Source of the DNA: an uncultured Gemmatimonadales bacterium
GTDB lineage: Bacteria; Gemmatimonadota; Gemmatimonadetes; Gemmatimonadales; GWC2-71-9
Assembly: GCA_963717315.1 (NCBI GenBank)
Contig: CAVQWA010000019.1
Span: 131-64,130 of the forward strand
Direction: 5' to 3'
DNA: 64,000 nt
This document shows positions 15,587 through 24,625 of this stretch, in pieces. The notes under the pieces were generated by a model. It was not told where the DNA came from. It ran no database searches and was given only the letters and a program-made list of their open reading frames with translations. Positions within the stretch are counted from its first letter, which is position 1. Each line of letters starts with the position of its first letter. The position numbers and the translations under genes were made by a program.

Positions 15587-16713
15587 GTCGCCATCCAGTC
15601 GCGATAGGCCGCCTTGAGCATCGCCTGGAAGTGGTGCACCGCCCCCTCGAACTGCACCGAGAACCGTCCCCGGTCGTACGCCCGGGAGCCGAGACCCACC
15701 TGGACCCGCTCGCAGATGCCGGCGTCCTCCTGCTGGACGCGGTCGGCGCAGGCGTGGTCCTCCTCGATCAGGCGCCTCGCCCCCGGGGATTCCACGTCGG
15801 CGTAGTAGTACGCGAACTCCACCCGGCAGCGCTCCGGTCCCCGGGGGAGCACGAGGTTCGTCTGGAGGCGGCCGGGCAGGATGTTGAGCATCGCGTTGGG
15901 GAAGAGGAAGTAGTAGAAGGCCGTCCCCCCCGCTCCGCCGGAGTAGATGTTGTCTTCCGCGCTCAGCGGGCTCACCTGGAGCGAATACCGCTCGTGCACC
16001 TCGGTGCTGTATGACTCGAACTGGTAGAGCTTCATCAATTCCGGGTGCACGTGCGGGACGTGGTACCCCTCGAGGTAGTTGTCCACGTACACCTTCCAGT
16101 TGCACGCGACGTCGTACGACGCCTTCCGCGCGAAGCGGAACTCGGCGAGCCGGACGGGCGCGATCCGCTCCGCGATGCCCGTCACGGCGCGTGCCAGCGG
16201 CTCCGGGTGCTCGGCGAGGTGCACGAAGACGAGGCCTTCCCAGGTGGCGACGCGGAGCGGGACGAGCCCGAAGTCCTTCTTGTCGAAGAGCTCCACCCGG
16301 TCCCACTGGGGCACCCCGCGGAGCGACCCGTCGAGCAGGTAGGTCCAGCCGTGATACTTGCACTGGAGGGCGCCGGCGCAGCCGTCCTCCAGCGCGAGCG
16401 GCCCGCCGCGATGGCGGCAGACGTTGTAGAAGGCCCGGAGCACGCCGTCCCTGCCGCGCACCACCACCACCGGCTCCCCCGCCACCTCCGCCACGAGGTG
16501 GCACCCCGGCGCCGCGAGCCGGCTTTCGTGGCCCACCAGCTGCCAGGTCCGGCCGAGCACGGCGGCCCGGTCGAGCGCCTCGAAGCGGGCCTCGCGGTAC
16601 CACGCCGAGGGGATGGTCCAGGCCCGTTCCACCGGCTCGACGGCGAGTTCCTCCGGCCCGAGGTCGGGGAACGCCTCGGGCGACGGACCCCGGGAGGGCC
16701 CGGTCAGCGGCAT
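15583..16713 (-). CDS. Rieske [2Fe-2S] non-heme-iron oxygenase alpha subunit (choline-monooxygenase-like)
   Basis: C-terminal 376 aa of track ORF 15583..18012, ATG 16711-16713. Rieske motif CRHRGGPL...CKYHGWTY. Iron site NYLEGYHVPHVHP. No signal peptide. Confidence 0.9.
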   Translation of the reverse strand: MPLTGPSRGPSPEAFPDLGPEELAVEPVERAWTIPSAWYREARFEALDRAAVLGRTWQLVGHESRLAAPGCHLVAEVAGEPVVVVRGRDGVLRAFYNVCRHRGGPLALEDGCAGALQCKYHGWTYLLDGSLRGVPQWDRVELFDKKDFGLVPLRVATWEGLVFVHLAEHPEPLARAVTGIAERIAPVRLAEFRFARKASYDVACNWKVYVDNYLEGYHVPHVHPELMKLYQFESYSTEVHERYSLQVSPLSAEDNIYSGGAGGTAFYYFLFPNAMLNILPGRLQTNLVLPRGPERCRVEFAYYYADVESPGARRLIEEDHACADRVQQEDAGICERVQVGLGSRAYDRGRFSVQFEGAVHHFQAMLKAAYRDWMAT

Positions 16714-17951
16714 TCCTCGCCGGCCAGCGTGCCGTGGACCACGACGGCGCACACGTGGCTGGTGTGCTCGAGCGGCGGGCCGTCGAAGAGCGCCAGGTCC
16801 GCCTCCTTGCCCCGCTCGAGCGAGCCGACCCGGGCATCCTGCCCGATGATCCGCGCGGCGTCGATCGTCACCGCGGCGAGCGCCTGCTCGACGCTGAGGC
16901 CGTAGGCCGCGGCCATCGCGGCCTCGAACAGCACCGCGCGGGTCTTGGGGACGTAGCCCTCGTAGCCGCTCTGGAGGGCGAAGGGGATGCCGGCGTCGCG
17001 GAGCTTCGTGGCGGTCTCGAAGGTGGCGTTCTCCATCGTTCCGCCGTGCCGCGCCATCGTCGGGTGCAGGATGACCGGCACCTTCGCCGCCCTGATCTCG
17101 TCGAGCACCAGGTAGGCCTCCGCGGCGCCGTCGAGGACGAGCCGGAAGCCGAACTCCCGCTGCAGCCGGAGGGCCGCCAGGATCTCCCGGGCGGTCTGGG
17201 CGGTGACGAGGGCGGGCAGCTCGCCGGCGAGCACCCGGGCCAGCACCTCCTTCCCCAGGTCGCGCGGCGTGGCGTCCGCCCTCGTCCTGTCGCCGCCCTT
17301 CCCCGTCCGCGCGCGCTTCGCCGCGTACTCCCGTGCCTTCACGAACTCGGCCCGGAGCATCGCGACGCCGCGGGCCCGGGTGCCGGGCCGATTGTTGTAG
17401 TAGCGCCCGACGTCGGGGCCGAGGGTCATCGCCACCATCGTCACCGAGTCCACCAGCGCCTCGCCGACGGTCTCGCCGGTGGTGCGGACCACCATCGTCT
17501 GCCCGCTCACGAGGGCGCCGGGCCCGTGCCCGGTGTGGAGCGTCGTGACCCCGAAGCCCCGCACCCAGGCCACCAGGTCCTCCCGGGCGTTGTAGGCGTC
17601 GAAGGCGCGGAGCTCGGGCTGGATCGGGTTCGAGCGCTCGAGCTGGTCCTGGTCGTGCGGCTGGTTGAGCATCCCCGAGAGCCCGACCACGGTGTGCGCG
17701 TCCACCAGCCCCGGAGTGACGTACTCCGCCGCCAGGAGCCGGTAGCCCTCGGGCACCCGCACCTCGGTGGCGGGGCCGACCCGGTCGATCCGGCCGTCCC
17801 GCCCCACGAGCACCACGCCGTCCTGGATCGGCGTGCCGGCCATCGTGTAGACCGTCCCGCCCCGCACGGCGAGCTGGGCCGCGGCGGGGGCGGGCGACGC
17901 CAGGCCGGCGGAGGTGGCCGCGAGCGCGGCTGCGAGAGTCGTGGCGCGCAT
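16704..17951 (-). CDS. Amidohydrolase-superfamily protein, secreted, metal ligands degenerate
   Basis: C-terminal 415 aa of track ORF 16704..18443, ATG 17949-17951. Signal peptide ending APAAAQ. Paralogous to the next gene (shared LRLQREFGFRLVL) but has VDAHTVVG instead of HxH and lacks the aligned His/Asp clusters. Confidence 0.85.
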   Translation of the reverse strand: MRATTLAAALAATSAGLASPAPAAAQLAVRGGTVYTMAGTPIQDGVVLVGRDGRIDRVGPATEVRVPEGYRLLAAEYVTPGLVDAHTVVGLSGMLNQPHDQDQLERSNPIQPELRAFDAYNAREDLVAWVRGFGVTTLHTGHGPGALVSGQTMVVRTTGETVGEALVDSVTMVAMTLGPDVGRYYNNRPGTRARGVAMLRAEFVKAREYAAKRARTGKGGDRTRADATPRDLGKEVLARVLAGELPALVTAQTAREILAALRLQREFGFRLVLDGAAEAYLVLDEIRAAKVPVILHPTMARHGGTMENATFETATKLRDAGIPFALQSGYEGYVPKTRAVLFEAAMAAAYGLSVEQALAAVTIDAARIIGQDARVGSLERGKEADLALFDGPPLEHTSHVCAVVVHGTLAGEECR

Positions 17952-19267
17952 CAGTGGCCCTCCATCCCCTCGTGGTGGTCGAACGGCGCATCGCGCACCG
18001 CCCGGTACCCACCGACGGCGAACGGCCGGTCGGCGGGATCCGTCAGGTCGAACACCTTCCGCCCCTCGACCCAGGCCTGCTCCACGTGGGTGGCGAGGGC
18101 GAAGGGATCGCCCGAGAGGACGACGAAGTCCGCGTCCTTGCCGGGCTCGAGGCTGCCCACCCGGTCCGCGAGGTCGAGCATCCGGGCCCCGGCCATCGTG
18201 AGCGCATACAGCGCCTGCTCGGGCTTCATCCCGGCGCGGACGGCGAGCGCTGCCGAGCGGAGGAAGAGGCGCGAGTCGGTGATCCCGTCGTCGGTATGGA
18301 AGCCGACCAGCACGCCGGCCTCGTCCAGGATCGCCCCGGTGCGCAGGCTCAGGTCCACCGCCTCGAGCTTCCCGCCCGGGGCGTCGATCACGACCACGGA
18401 GGCGGGCACGCCGGCGGCGGCGATCTCGCGGGCCACCTTCCACCCCTCGCTCACGTGGTGGAGCACCAGCCGGAACCCGAACTCCCGCTGCAGCCGGAGC
18501 ACGGTGAGGATGTCGTCGTGGCGGTGCGTGTGGTGATGCACCATCCGCTTCCCGTCGAGCGCCTCGACCAGGATCTCGAGCTCGAGGTCGCGCTCGGGCC
18601 GCCTGGTCGAGTCCGCCCCGGCGGCACGCAGCTTCTCGCGGTACTCGACCGCCTTGACGAACCGCTCGCGCACCATCGCCGCCGACTTGGCCCGGGTGCC
18701 GGGCCAGGGGCTCTCGCCGCGCGGGTTGGTGCCGTTGGCCATCTTGAGCCCGCCGCAGATCTCGGTGAGCACGTCGTGGCAGTAGAGCAGGTCGGTGATC
18801 GTGCGGCCCCGGCGGAGCTTCAGGTAGGCGGTCTGGCCGCTCATCAGGTGGCCGGAGCCGGGCATCACGTTCACCGTGGTGATGCCGCCGGCGAGCGCCT
18901 TCCGGAAGCTGTCGCTCGTCGGGTCGATCGCGTCCAGGATCCGGATGTCCCCCTGGATCGGGTCGGAACGATCGCCGCCGTCGCCGCCCCCGATGTGGGA
19001 GTGGGTGTCCACCAGGCCGGGGAGGACGACCTTGCCGGTCACGTCAACCACCTCGGCCCCGTCGGGCACGGCCACGGCGCCCTCGGCGCCCACCGCGACG
19101 ATCTTCCCGCCGCGCGTGACCAGCACGCCGCGCTCGATCGGCGGCCCGGCGACGGGCAGGATGCGGGCGCCACGGACCACGAGCGGGCGCTCCTGGGCGG
19201 ATGCTGCGGCGGGCAGGACCAGCGCGCAGGCGAGCGCGGCGCGGGCCGCACGAACGGCGGTCAGCAT
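17951..19267 (-). CDS. Amidohydrolase-superfamily metallohydrolase, secreted (intact ligand set)
   Basis: C-terminal 438 aa of track ORF 17951..19495, ATG 19265-19267. Signal peptide LVLPAAASAQ. LVDTHSHIGG (HxH), MVHHHTHRHDD, LVLHHVSEG, GFHTDDG, GKDADFVVL. Confidence 0.88.
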   Translation of the reverse strand: MLTAVRAARAALACALVLPAAASAQERPLVVRGARILPVAGPPIERGVLVTRGGKIVAVGAEGAVAVPDGAEVVDVTGKVVLPGLVDTHSHIGGGDGGDRSDPIQGDIRILDAIDPTSDSFRKALAGGITTVNVMPGSGHLMSGQTAYLKLRRGRTITDLLYCHDVLTEICGGLKMANGTNPRGESPWPGTRAKSAAMVRERFVKAVEYREKLRAAGADSTRRPERDLELEILVEALDGKRMVHHHTHRHDDILTVLRLQREFGFRLVLHHVSEGWKVAREIAAAGVPASVVVIDAPGGKLEAVDLSLRTGAILDEAGVLVGFHTDDGITDSRLFLRSAALAVRAGMKPEQALYALTMAGARMLDLADRVGSLEPGKDADFVVLSGDPFALATHVEQAWVEGRKVFDLTDPADRPFAVGGYRAVRDAPFDHHEGMEGH

Positions 19268-19397
19268 GGGCGTGGGAACTCCGGGTTGGGGAGCACCCGC
19301 GGGCGCGGCCGCGGGCGAGGAGGCAAGATGCGCCCGCGATCGGCCCCGCGGCAAGCCTCGGCTTGACCGGGGCCGCGAACCGGCGGAGCTTGCCCCG

Positions 19398-20582
19398 ATG
19401 CCGACCGCCCTCCTGCACGACCCCACGCTGGTGTTCGCGTACCTCGCCGCCGTGATCGGGGTGATCTTCTGGCTCAGCGGACTGCCCGCGTTCAAGGGCT
19501 GGTTCGACCGGGTGCCCCCCCTGGTGCACTGCTACTTCGTGCCCACCCTCTCCTCCGCGTTCGGGATCACGCCCCTCCAGTCGCCCGTGTACGACTGGGT
19601 GTCGCGATTCCTGCTGCCGCTCTGCCTCCTGCTCCTGATGGTGGCAGTGGACCTCCCCGCCATCCTGAAGGTCGGCCGCACCGCGCTCCTGATGATGCTG
19701 GCGGGCACGCTCGGGATCATCATCGGCGGGCCGGTGGCGTTCCTGATCTTCAAGGGGGCCCTGCCGCCGGACGCGTGGAAGGCGTTCGCGGCGCTCTCGG
19801 GAAGCTGGATCGGCGGCAGCGCCAACTTCGTGGCGATCGCGGAGAGCGTCGGCGCCCCCGACGCGGTGCTCGGCCCGGCGATCGTCGTGGACACCGTCGT
19901 CGGCTACGGCTGGATGGCGATCCTGCTGGCGCTCTCGGCCTGGCAGCTCCGCTTCGACACCGCGATCGGTGCCCGGCGCGAGGCGTTCGAGGAGGCCAGC
20001 CGGCACCTGAGCGAGCTGCAGGCGCACAAGCGGCCGACGACGCTGCGTGACCTCCTGATCCTGGTGGCGCTCGGGTTCGGCGGCGCCGCCGTCTCGGTGG
20101 TCATCGGCGACCGGCTGCCGGCCATCGGCCACCCGACGATCATCAGCAGCGCCACGTGGGCGGTGCTCGTGGCGGTCACCGCCGGCATCGCGCTCTCCTT
20201 CACCCCGGTGCGGCGCCTCGAGGAGGTCGGCGCGTCGAACACGGGGTACGCGGCCCTCTACCTCATCATCGCGAGCATCGGGGCCAGGGCGGACCTGCGG
20301 GCCGTGCTCGAGACGCCGGCGTTCCTCGGTGCGGGCATCGTGTGGATCGCGATTCACGTGGCGATCCTCTTCCTCGCCGCGCGGCTGCTGCGGGCCCCAC
20401 TCTTCTTCGTCGCCGTGGGCTCGATGGCGAACATCGGGGGCGCCGCCTCCGCGCCGGTGGTGGCGGCCGCCTACCACCCCGCAATGGCCCCGGTGGGCCT
20501 CCTGCTCGGCGTGTCGGGGTACATCCTGGGCATCTACGGCGGGCTGGCCTGCGCCTGGCTGCTCGGGCTCGCGGCGGGGTGA
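19398..20582 (+). CDS. DUF819-family integral membrane protein
   Basis: C-terminal 394 aa of track ORF 18876..20582, ATG 19398. Polytopic. LSGSWIGGSANFVAI and GSMANIGGAASAPVVAAAY are the paired DUF819 signatures. Confidence 0.8.
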   Translation: MPTALLHDPTLVFAYLAAVIGVIFWLSGLPAFKGWFDRVPPLVHCYFVPTLSSAFGITPLQSPVYDWVSRFLLPLCLLLLMVAVDLPAILKVGRTALLMMLAGTLGIIIGGPVAFLIFKGALPPDAWKAFAALSGSWIGGSANFVAIAESVGAPDAVLGPAIVVDTVVGYGWMAILLALSAWQLRFDTAIGARREAFEEASRHLSELQAHKRPTTLRDLLILVALGFGGAAVSVVIGDRLPAIGHPTIISSATWAVLVAVTAGIALSFTPVRRLEEVGASNTGYAALYLIIASIGARADLRAVLETPAFLGAGIVWIAIHVAILFLAARLLRAPLFFVAVGSMANIGGAASAPVVAAAYHPAMAPVGLLLGVSGYILGIYGGLACAWLLGLAAG

Positions 20583-20690
20583 GGCAGGACGGCAGGACGG
20601 CGACTCCAGCGCCCTCCCCCAACGGGACGCGGCCGTCGGCGGGGAGCCGGCGGCCGCGCTGATCACCCGGGCGGGTGACCGGTTGGGGGC

Positions 20691-21314
20691 CTACTCGCCC
20701 CCGTTGGTGCTGGACGGCTCCGAGGTGGGAACCTCGGGCTTGGCCGCGCCGTCCAGCGCCGCCTTGAGATCCCGCGCCGCGGCCAGGTGGGCCTCGAACG
20801 CCGGGATGGACTGCTCGATCAGGGTCTTCAGTTCCGGCTTCGTGGTGGCCGCCATCAGCGTCCCCTGCACCGCCTCGAGCACGGCGGCGTGGAACGCGAT
20901 CTCATGGTCGAGCCATGCGGCGTCGAACTGGTCGGACGGCACCTGCTTCAGCCAGGCGATCGTCTGCCCGTGCTTCTGCATCTCCGGCGCGTCGAACTCG
21001 CGCTTCGGGTAGAGCTGCAGTGCGCGGCCGAGCTCCTGGCCCTGCCGGCGGAGCGCCATGTGCTCGTTGGCGAACCGGACGGCCAGCTGGCGCACCTGCT
21101 GGTTCTTCGCCCGCTCGGCGGCGACCGTCGCGGTCTCGAGGTCGCGCCGGTTGGCGCCGTCGAACACGGCGAGCACGGCGGCATCATCGAGGACCGGAGC
21201 CACTTGCGCGGCGGGGACGGCGGCGGCCTGCGCGGTCGGGGCATTCTCCTGGGCAGCCAGGGCCGCGGGCGCCACGAACGCGGCGAGCGCCAGGATGGCG
21301 GTGGTTCCCTTCAC
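20691..21314 (-). CDS. DUF4142-domain secreted protein
   Basis: C-terminal 207 aa of track ORF 20691..21524. GTG 21312-21314 is preceded by GGAGG. Signal peptide AILALAAFVAPAALAAQ. FDAAWLDHEIAFHAAVLE is typical of DUF4142. Confidence 0.75.
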   Translation of the reverse strand: MKGTTAILALAAFVAPAALAAQENAPTAQAAAVPAAQVAPVLDDAAVLAVFDGANRRDLETATVAAERAKNQQVRQLAVRFANEHMALRRQGQELGRALQLYPKREFDAPEMQKHGQTIAWLKQVPSDQFDAAWLDHEIAFHAAVLEAVQGTLMAATTKPELKTLIEQSIPAFEAHLAAARDLKAALDGAAKPEVPTSEPSSTNGGE

Positions 21315-21415
21315 ATGACCTCCCTGCGTGGTAGGGACTGCGTGGGTCGGACGGGTCCAGAGGGTGAAGGGAACTTCGCCCCTGGAGGGATTCGGGGCCG
21401 TGATGGGGGTCACAA

Positions 21416-21463
21416 GGGGGGGAACGGGGAACGGGGAGCGGGGAACGGGGAGCGGGAAGCGGG
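21416..21463 (+). repeat. Tandem G-rich heptamer array (GGGGAAC/GGGGAGC), G-quadruplex motif
   Basis: GGGGGGGAACGGGGAACGGGGAGCGGGGAACGGGGAGCGGGAAGCGGG: seven G3+ runs with 3-nt loops. Confidence 0.9.
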
Positions 21464-21499
21464 ACTGCGGAGGGTTGCACCTCACTGGGCACCTGGCCC

Positions 21500-21532
21500 T
21501 TGGCACCCACTTGGCACTCGGCACTCGGTGCC
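21500..21532 (+). repeat. Short tandem heptamer array (GGCAC[C/T]C)
   Basis: TTGGCACCCACTTGGCACTCGGCACTCGGTGCC, just downstream of the GNAT gene stop. Confidence 0.7.
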
Positions 21533-21540
21533 GGGCATTC

Positions 21541-21987
21541 TCAGGTCAGTGCCAGCCTCATCACGGTCGCCGAGGCGGGGCAGCCGCCCGTCACCTCGGG
21601 CGCGGCCCCCAGCTCCGGGGGCAGCTGCTCCCGGGAGATGTCCCGGAACCCGAACCGCGGGAACCACTCGGCGGCCGTCGCGGTCAGGAGGTAGACCGCG
21701 GCGAGCCCGTCGTCGCGGGCGCGCGACAGGCGATCGGCCACCAGGGCGGCGCCTGCCCCGGTGCCGCGGCCGCTTGCGTCCACCGCCACCGACCGGAGGA
21801 GGCCGACGCCGCCGTAGCGCTCGAGGCCGGCGAGGCCCAGCGGCCGGCCGTCGCCCTCGACGATCACGTACGCCGCCGGGAACTGGTCCTCCAGCCCCTC
21901 GTCGAGCAGGTCGGCCGCGGCCAGGAGGCGCCGAGCCCAGGGGAGGTCCGCCCCCTTCGCGGGGCGGACCCGGAGCGCAGGGGTCAC
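21541..21987 (-). CDS. GNAT-family N-acetyltransferase (ArsN2-like)
   Basis: C-terminal 148 aa of track ORF 21541..22230. GTG 21985-21987 (GTGA overlap with the ApaG stop). LLRSVAVDASGRGTGAGAALV is an acetyl-CoA-binding Q/RxxGxG/A motif. Confidence 0.8.
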   Translation of the reverse strand: MTPALRVRPAKGADLPWARRLLAAADLLDEGLEDQFPAAYVIVEGDGRPLGLAGLERYGGVGLLRSVAVDASGRGTGAGAALVADRLSRARDDGLAAVYLLTATAAEWFPRFGFRDISREQLPPELGAAPEVTGGCPASATVMRLALT

Positions 21988-22388
21988 GCGACCGGACCCT
22001 CGGTGGCCACGTGCAGGTCGAACCGCGGGATCACGGCCTCGAACCGGTCCCCGCCCGACCGCACGAACGTGTAGGCGCCCTCCATCCAGCCGCTCGGGCT
22101 CCGCAGGACGCAGAAGCTCTGGTATTCGTGGGTGCCGCCGGGGGCGAGCACCGGCTGCTCCCCGACCACGCCCTCGCCCTCCACCTCGAGGTCCTCCCCG
22201 ATGTCGTCGTGGATGTGCCAACGGCGCCACCGGAGCTGTGCGGTGGCCGTCCCGACGTTCTCCAGCCGCACGAAGTAGGCGAAGACGAACTCCGACCGTC
22301 CCGGCCGGGAGTGCTCGGGCAGGTAGAGGGGCCGCACCGTCACGCGGACTCCCTCGGTCTCCCGGTAGTAGAAGGGCCGGCCGGGCAT
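21984..22388 (-). CDS. apaG: ApaG (DUF525) protein
   Basis: Track ORF 21984..22469 with the start at ATG 22386-22388 (MPGRPFYYRETEGVRVTV). FVFAYFVRLENVG...W.I.D..G....V.G.GVVGEQPVL.PG....Y.S matches the ApaG pattern. Confidence 0.85.
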   Translation of the reverse strand: MPGRPFYYRETEGVRVTVRPLYLPEHSRPGRSEFVFAYFVRLENVGTATAQLRWRRWHIHDDIGEDLEVEGEGVVGEQPVLAPGGTHEYQSFCVLRSPSGWMEGAYTFVRSGGDRFEAVIPRFDLHVATEGPVA

Positions 22389-22395
22389 TGCGCCG

Positions 22396-23001
22396 TCAGC
22401 CGGCGGGCCGGCGCACCAGGGCCACGACGACGGAGATCTCCACCTCGTCCCCCAGCATCCTCGTCCCATCCACGATCCGGTTCCACGTGAGCCCGTAATC
22501 GAGGCGGTTCACCGTGGTCGAGGCGCTGAATCCCGCCCGGTTGCCCTGCTCGCCGAGAAACTCTCCCTCGAGCACGACGGGCTGGGTCACGCCGCGGATC
22601 GTCAGGTCGCCCTCGAGACGGAGCCGGGTGCCGTCGAGCGAGGCGCTGCGGCTGCGGAAGGTCATCGTCGGGTGGTTCGCGACGTCGAAGAAGTCGGCGC
22701 CCCGCAGGTCGCTGTCGCGCCGTTCCTGCCGGGTATCCACGCTCGCCGTCTGCACGGTGACCTCGACCGCCCCGTCCTCCCATGCCCCCGGCTCCGCGGT
22801 GACGGTGCCCTCCCACGTACCGAAGGTGCCCCGCACCCGGCTCACGAAGTGCCGGACGCGAAACGAGAGCTCGGAGTGGTTGGTGTCGATCCGCCAGGTG
22901 GTCGGCCGGGCCGCGGGAGCCGGGGCCGACTGGGCGGCGCCGGGGATGGAGAACGCCGCGGCGAGGACGGCCGCGGCGAGGAGCGATCGGGTCATCGGCA
23001 T
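22396..23001 (-). CDS. YceI-family periplasmic (polyisoprenoid-binding-like) protein
   Basis: 201 aa with a signal peptide. W.IDTNHSELSFRVRHFVSRVRGTF and LTIRGVTQPVVLEGEF are YceI hallmarks. Confidence 0.88.
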   Translation of the reverse strand: MPMTRSLLAAAVLAAAFSIPGAAQSAPAPAARPTTWRIDTNHSELSFRVRHFVSRVRGTFGTWEGTVTAEPGAWEDGAVEVTVQTASVDTRQERRDSDLRGADFFDVANHPTMTFRSRSASLDGTRLRLEGDLTIRGVTQPVVLEGEFLGEQGNRAGFSASTTVNRLDYGLTWNRIVDGTRMLGDEVEISVVVALVRRPAG

Positions 23002-23005
23002 TCCC

Positions 23006-23899
23006 TCACGGGCGCTCGATCGGCGCCCGCACCAGGTTCCCCCACTCGGTCCACGACCCGTCGTAGTTCCGCACCCGGTCGTAGCCCAGCAGGTAGGTCA
23101 GGACGAACCACGTGTGGGAGGAGCGCTCGCCGATCCGGCAGTAGACGATCGTCTCCTCGGTGACCGACAGCCCCTGCTCCCCCTCGTACAGGGTGCGCAG
23201 TTCGTGGGCCGGCCGGAACGCGTGGGTGTCGGGATCCACCGCCCGGGCCCACGGCACGTTGCGCGCGCCGGGAATGTGCCCGCCGCGGAGCGCGCCCTCG
23301 TTGGGATAGTCGGCCATGTGGAGCCGCTCGCCGCGGAATTCCTCCGGGCTCCGGACGTCCACCAGCGGGCGCTGCCGCATGAGGTGCTCCAGCACGTCCT
23401 CCCGGAAGGCACGGATGCGGATGTCGTCCCGCTCCCCGACGCGCACGTCGCCCTTCGGGTGGGCCGGGGCGCCCGTCTCGAGCGGGCGGCCCTCCTCCAC
23501 CCAGCGCTGCCGGCCCCCGTCCATGATCCGGAGCCGTTCCAGCCCGAAGAGCCGGAACACCCAGAAGGCGTACGTCGCCCACCAGTTGTTCTTGTCGCCG
23601 TAGAGCACCACGGTGGTGTCCGCGAAGATGCCGCGGGCACGGAGGATCTCCTGGAGGCGCTCGCGCCCCACGAAATCACGGAGCATCACGTCATTGAGGT
23701 CGTTCACCCAGTCGAGCTTCACGGCGCCGGGCACGTGCCCGGAGTCGTACAGCAGCAGGTCCTCGTCGCACTCCACCAGCCGGACCCGGGGATCCGTGAG
23801 GTGCCCGGCGACCCAGTCGGTCGAGACGAGCGCCTCGGGGTGCGCGTAGCCACGGCGCTCGATGGGGGTGACGGGAGCGAGGGTGTCGGGTGCGGTCAT
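23006..23899 (-). CDS. Thiosulfate/3-mercaptopyruvate sulfurtransferase (tandem rhodanese domains)
   Basis: Track ORF 23006..23944 with the start at ATG 23897-23899 (GGAGG 6 nt upstream). Active-site loop [19 protein letters not shown] and GHIPGARN. Confidence 0.9.
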   Translation of the reverse strand: MTAPDTLAPVTPIERRGYAHPEALVSTDWVAGHLTDPRVRLVECDEDLLLYDSGHVPGAVKLDWVNDLNDVMLRDFVGRERLQEILRARGIFADTTVVLYGDKNNWWATYAFWVFRLFGLERLRIMDGGRQRWVEEGRPLETGAPAHPKGDVRVGERDDIRIRAFREDVLEHLMRQRPLVDVRSPEEFRGERLHMADYPNEGALRGGHIPGARNVPWARAVDPDTHAFRPAHELRTLYEGEQGLSVTEETIVYCRIGERSSHTWFVLTYLLGYDRVRNYDGSWTEWGNLVRAPIERP

Positions 23900-24016
23900 C
23901 GCGACCTCCCGGTGAGGGACCCGGCCGCCGCGGGAGCCCTGCACCGCGGGGGGAGGGGGAGGAAGGCAGGGACCAGGGGAATTACGAGCCGGATGGCGGC
24001 AGAGTCAACCGGCGGC

Positions 24017-24607
24017 TCATTCCTCGTCGTCGTTCCGCAGGATGTCCTCGAGCACCCTGTCCACGACCTCCACCACGCGGCCCTGCACGATGCGGCCGAG
24101 GACGTCGGCCGCCTCGAGCGAGAGGTTGCCGGGATGGCGCCGGTCCTGGGCGAAGCGGACGATCTGCCCGAGCGGGATCACCGCGATCGGCTCCTCCGCA
24201 CGGATTTCCCCGCCCTCCTCCCCCTGCACCGCCGCCTCGTACCTCGCCCCGGGGAGGCTCTGGGCCCACGGCTCCTCGGGCTCGTCCTCGCCCTCGGCAT
24301 CGGCGTCGCGGACCGCCTCGGGCGGCAGCGGCGCCAGGGCGAAGAGCTGGCACTGCAGGCCCGGGGGGCCCTCCCGCGCCGACAGCACGAGGCGCACCGG
24401 CACCCCGAAGACGTGGTGGCGCTCGAGCGTCTCGTGCAGCTCGGGCGGCACCACGCATCGCGCCACCAGCCGCTCGTCAATGAAGGTGCCGAGGCAGACG
24501 GTGCCCTCCGGCGCGCGCCGGTCCTCGATCTGCCGCACGCGGATGACGATCGGGGTCTCGGTGCCCGCGAGAGCCATCCCGGGATCCGGTGGTTCGGGGG
24601 AGATCAT
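24017..24607 (-). CDS. Hypothetical protein with acidic C-terminal tail
   Basis: 196-aa ORF with balanced amino-acid composition, unlike the Arg/Pro-rich overlapping frames. No family recognised. Confidence 0.55.
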   Translation of the reverse strand: MISPEPPDPGMALAGTETPIVIRVRQIEDRRAPEGTVCLGTFIDERLVARCVVPPELHETLERHHVFGVPVRLVLSAREGPPGLQCQLFALAPLPPEAVRDADAEGEDEPEEPWAQSLPGARYEAAVQGEEGGEIRAEEPIAVIPLGQIVRFAQDRRHPGNLSLEAADVLGRIVQGRVVEVVDRVLEDILRNDDEE

Positions 24608-24625
24608 GACGCAGTATACCCCGGC

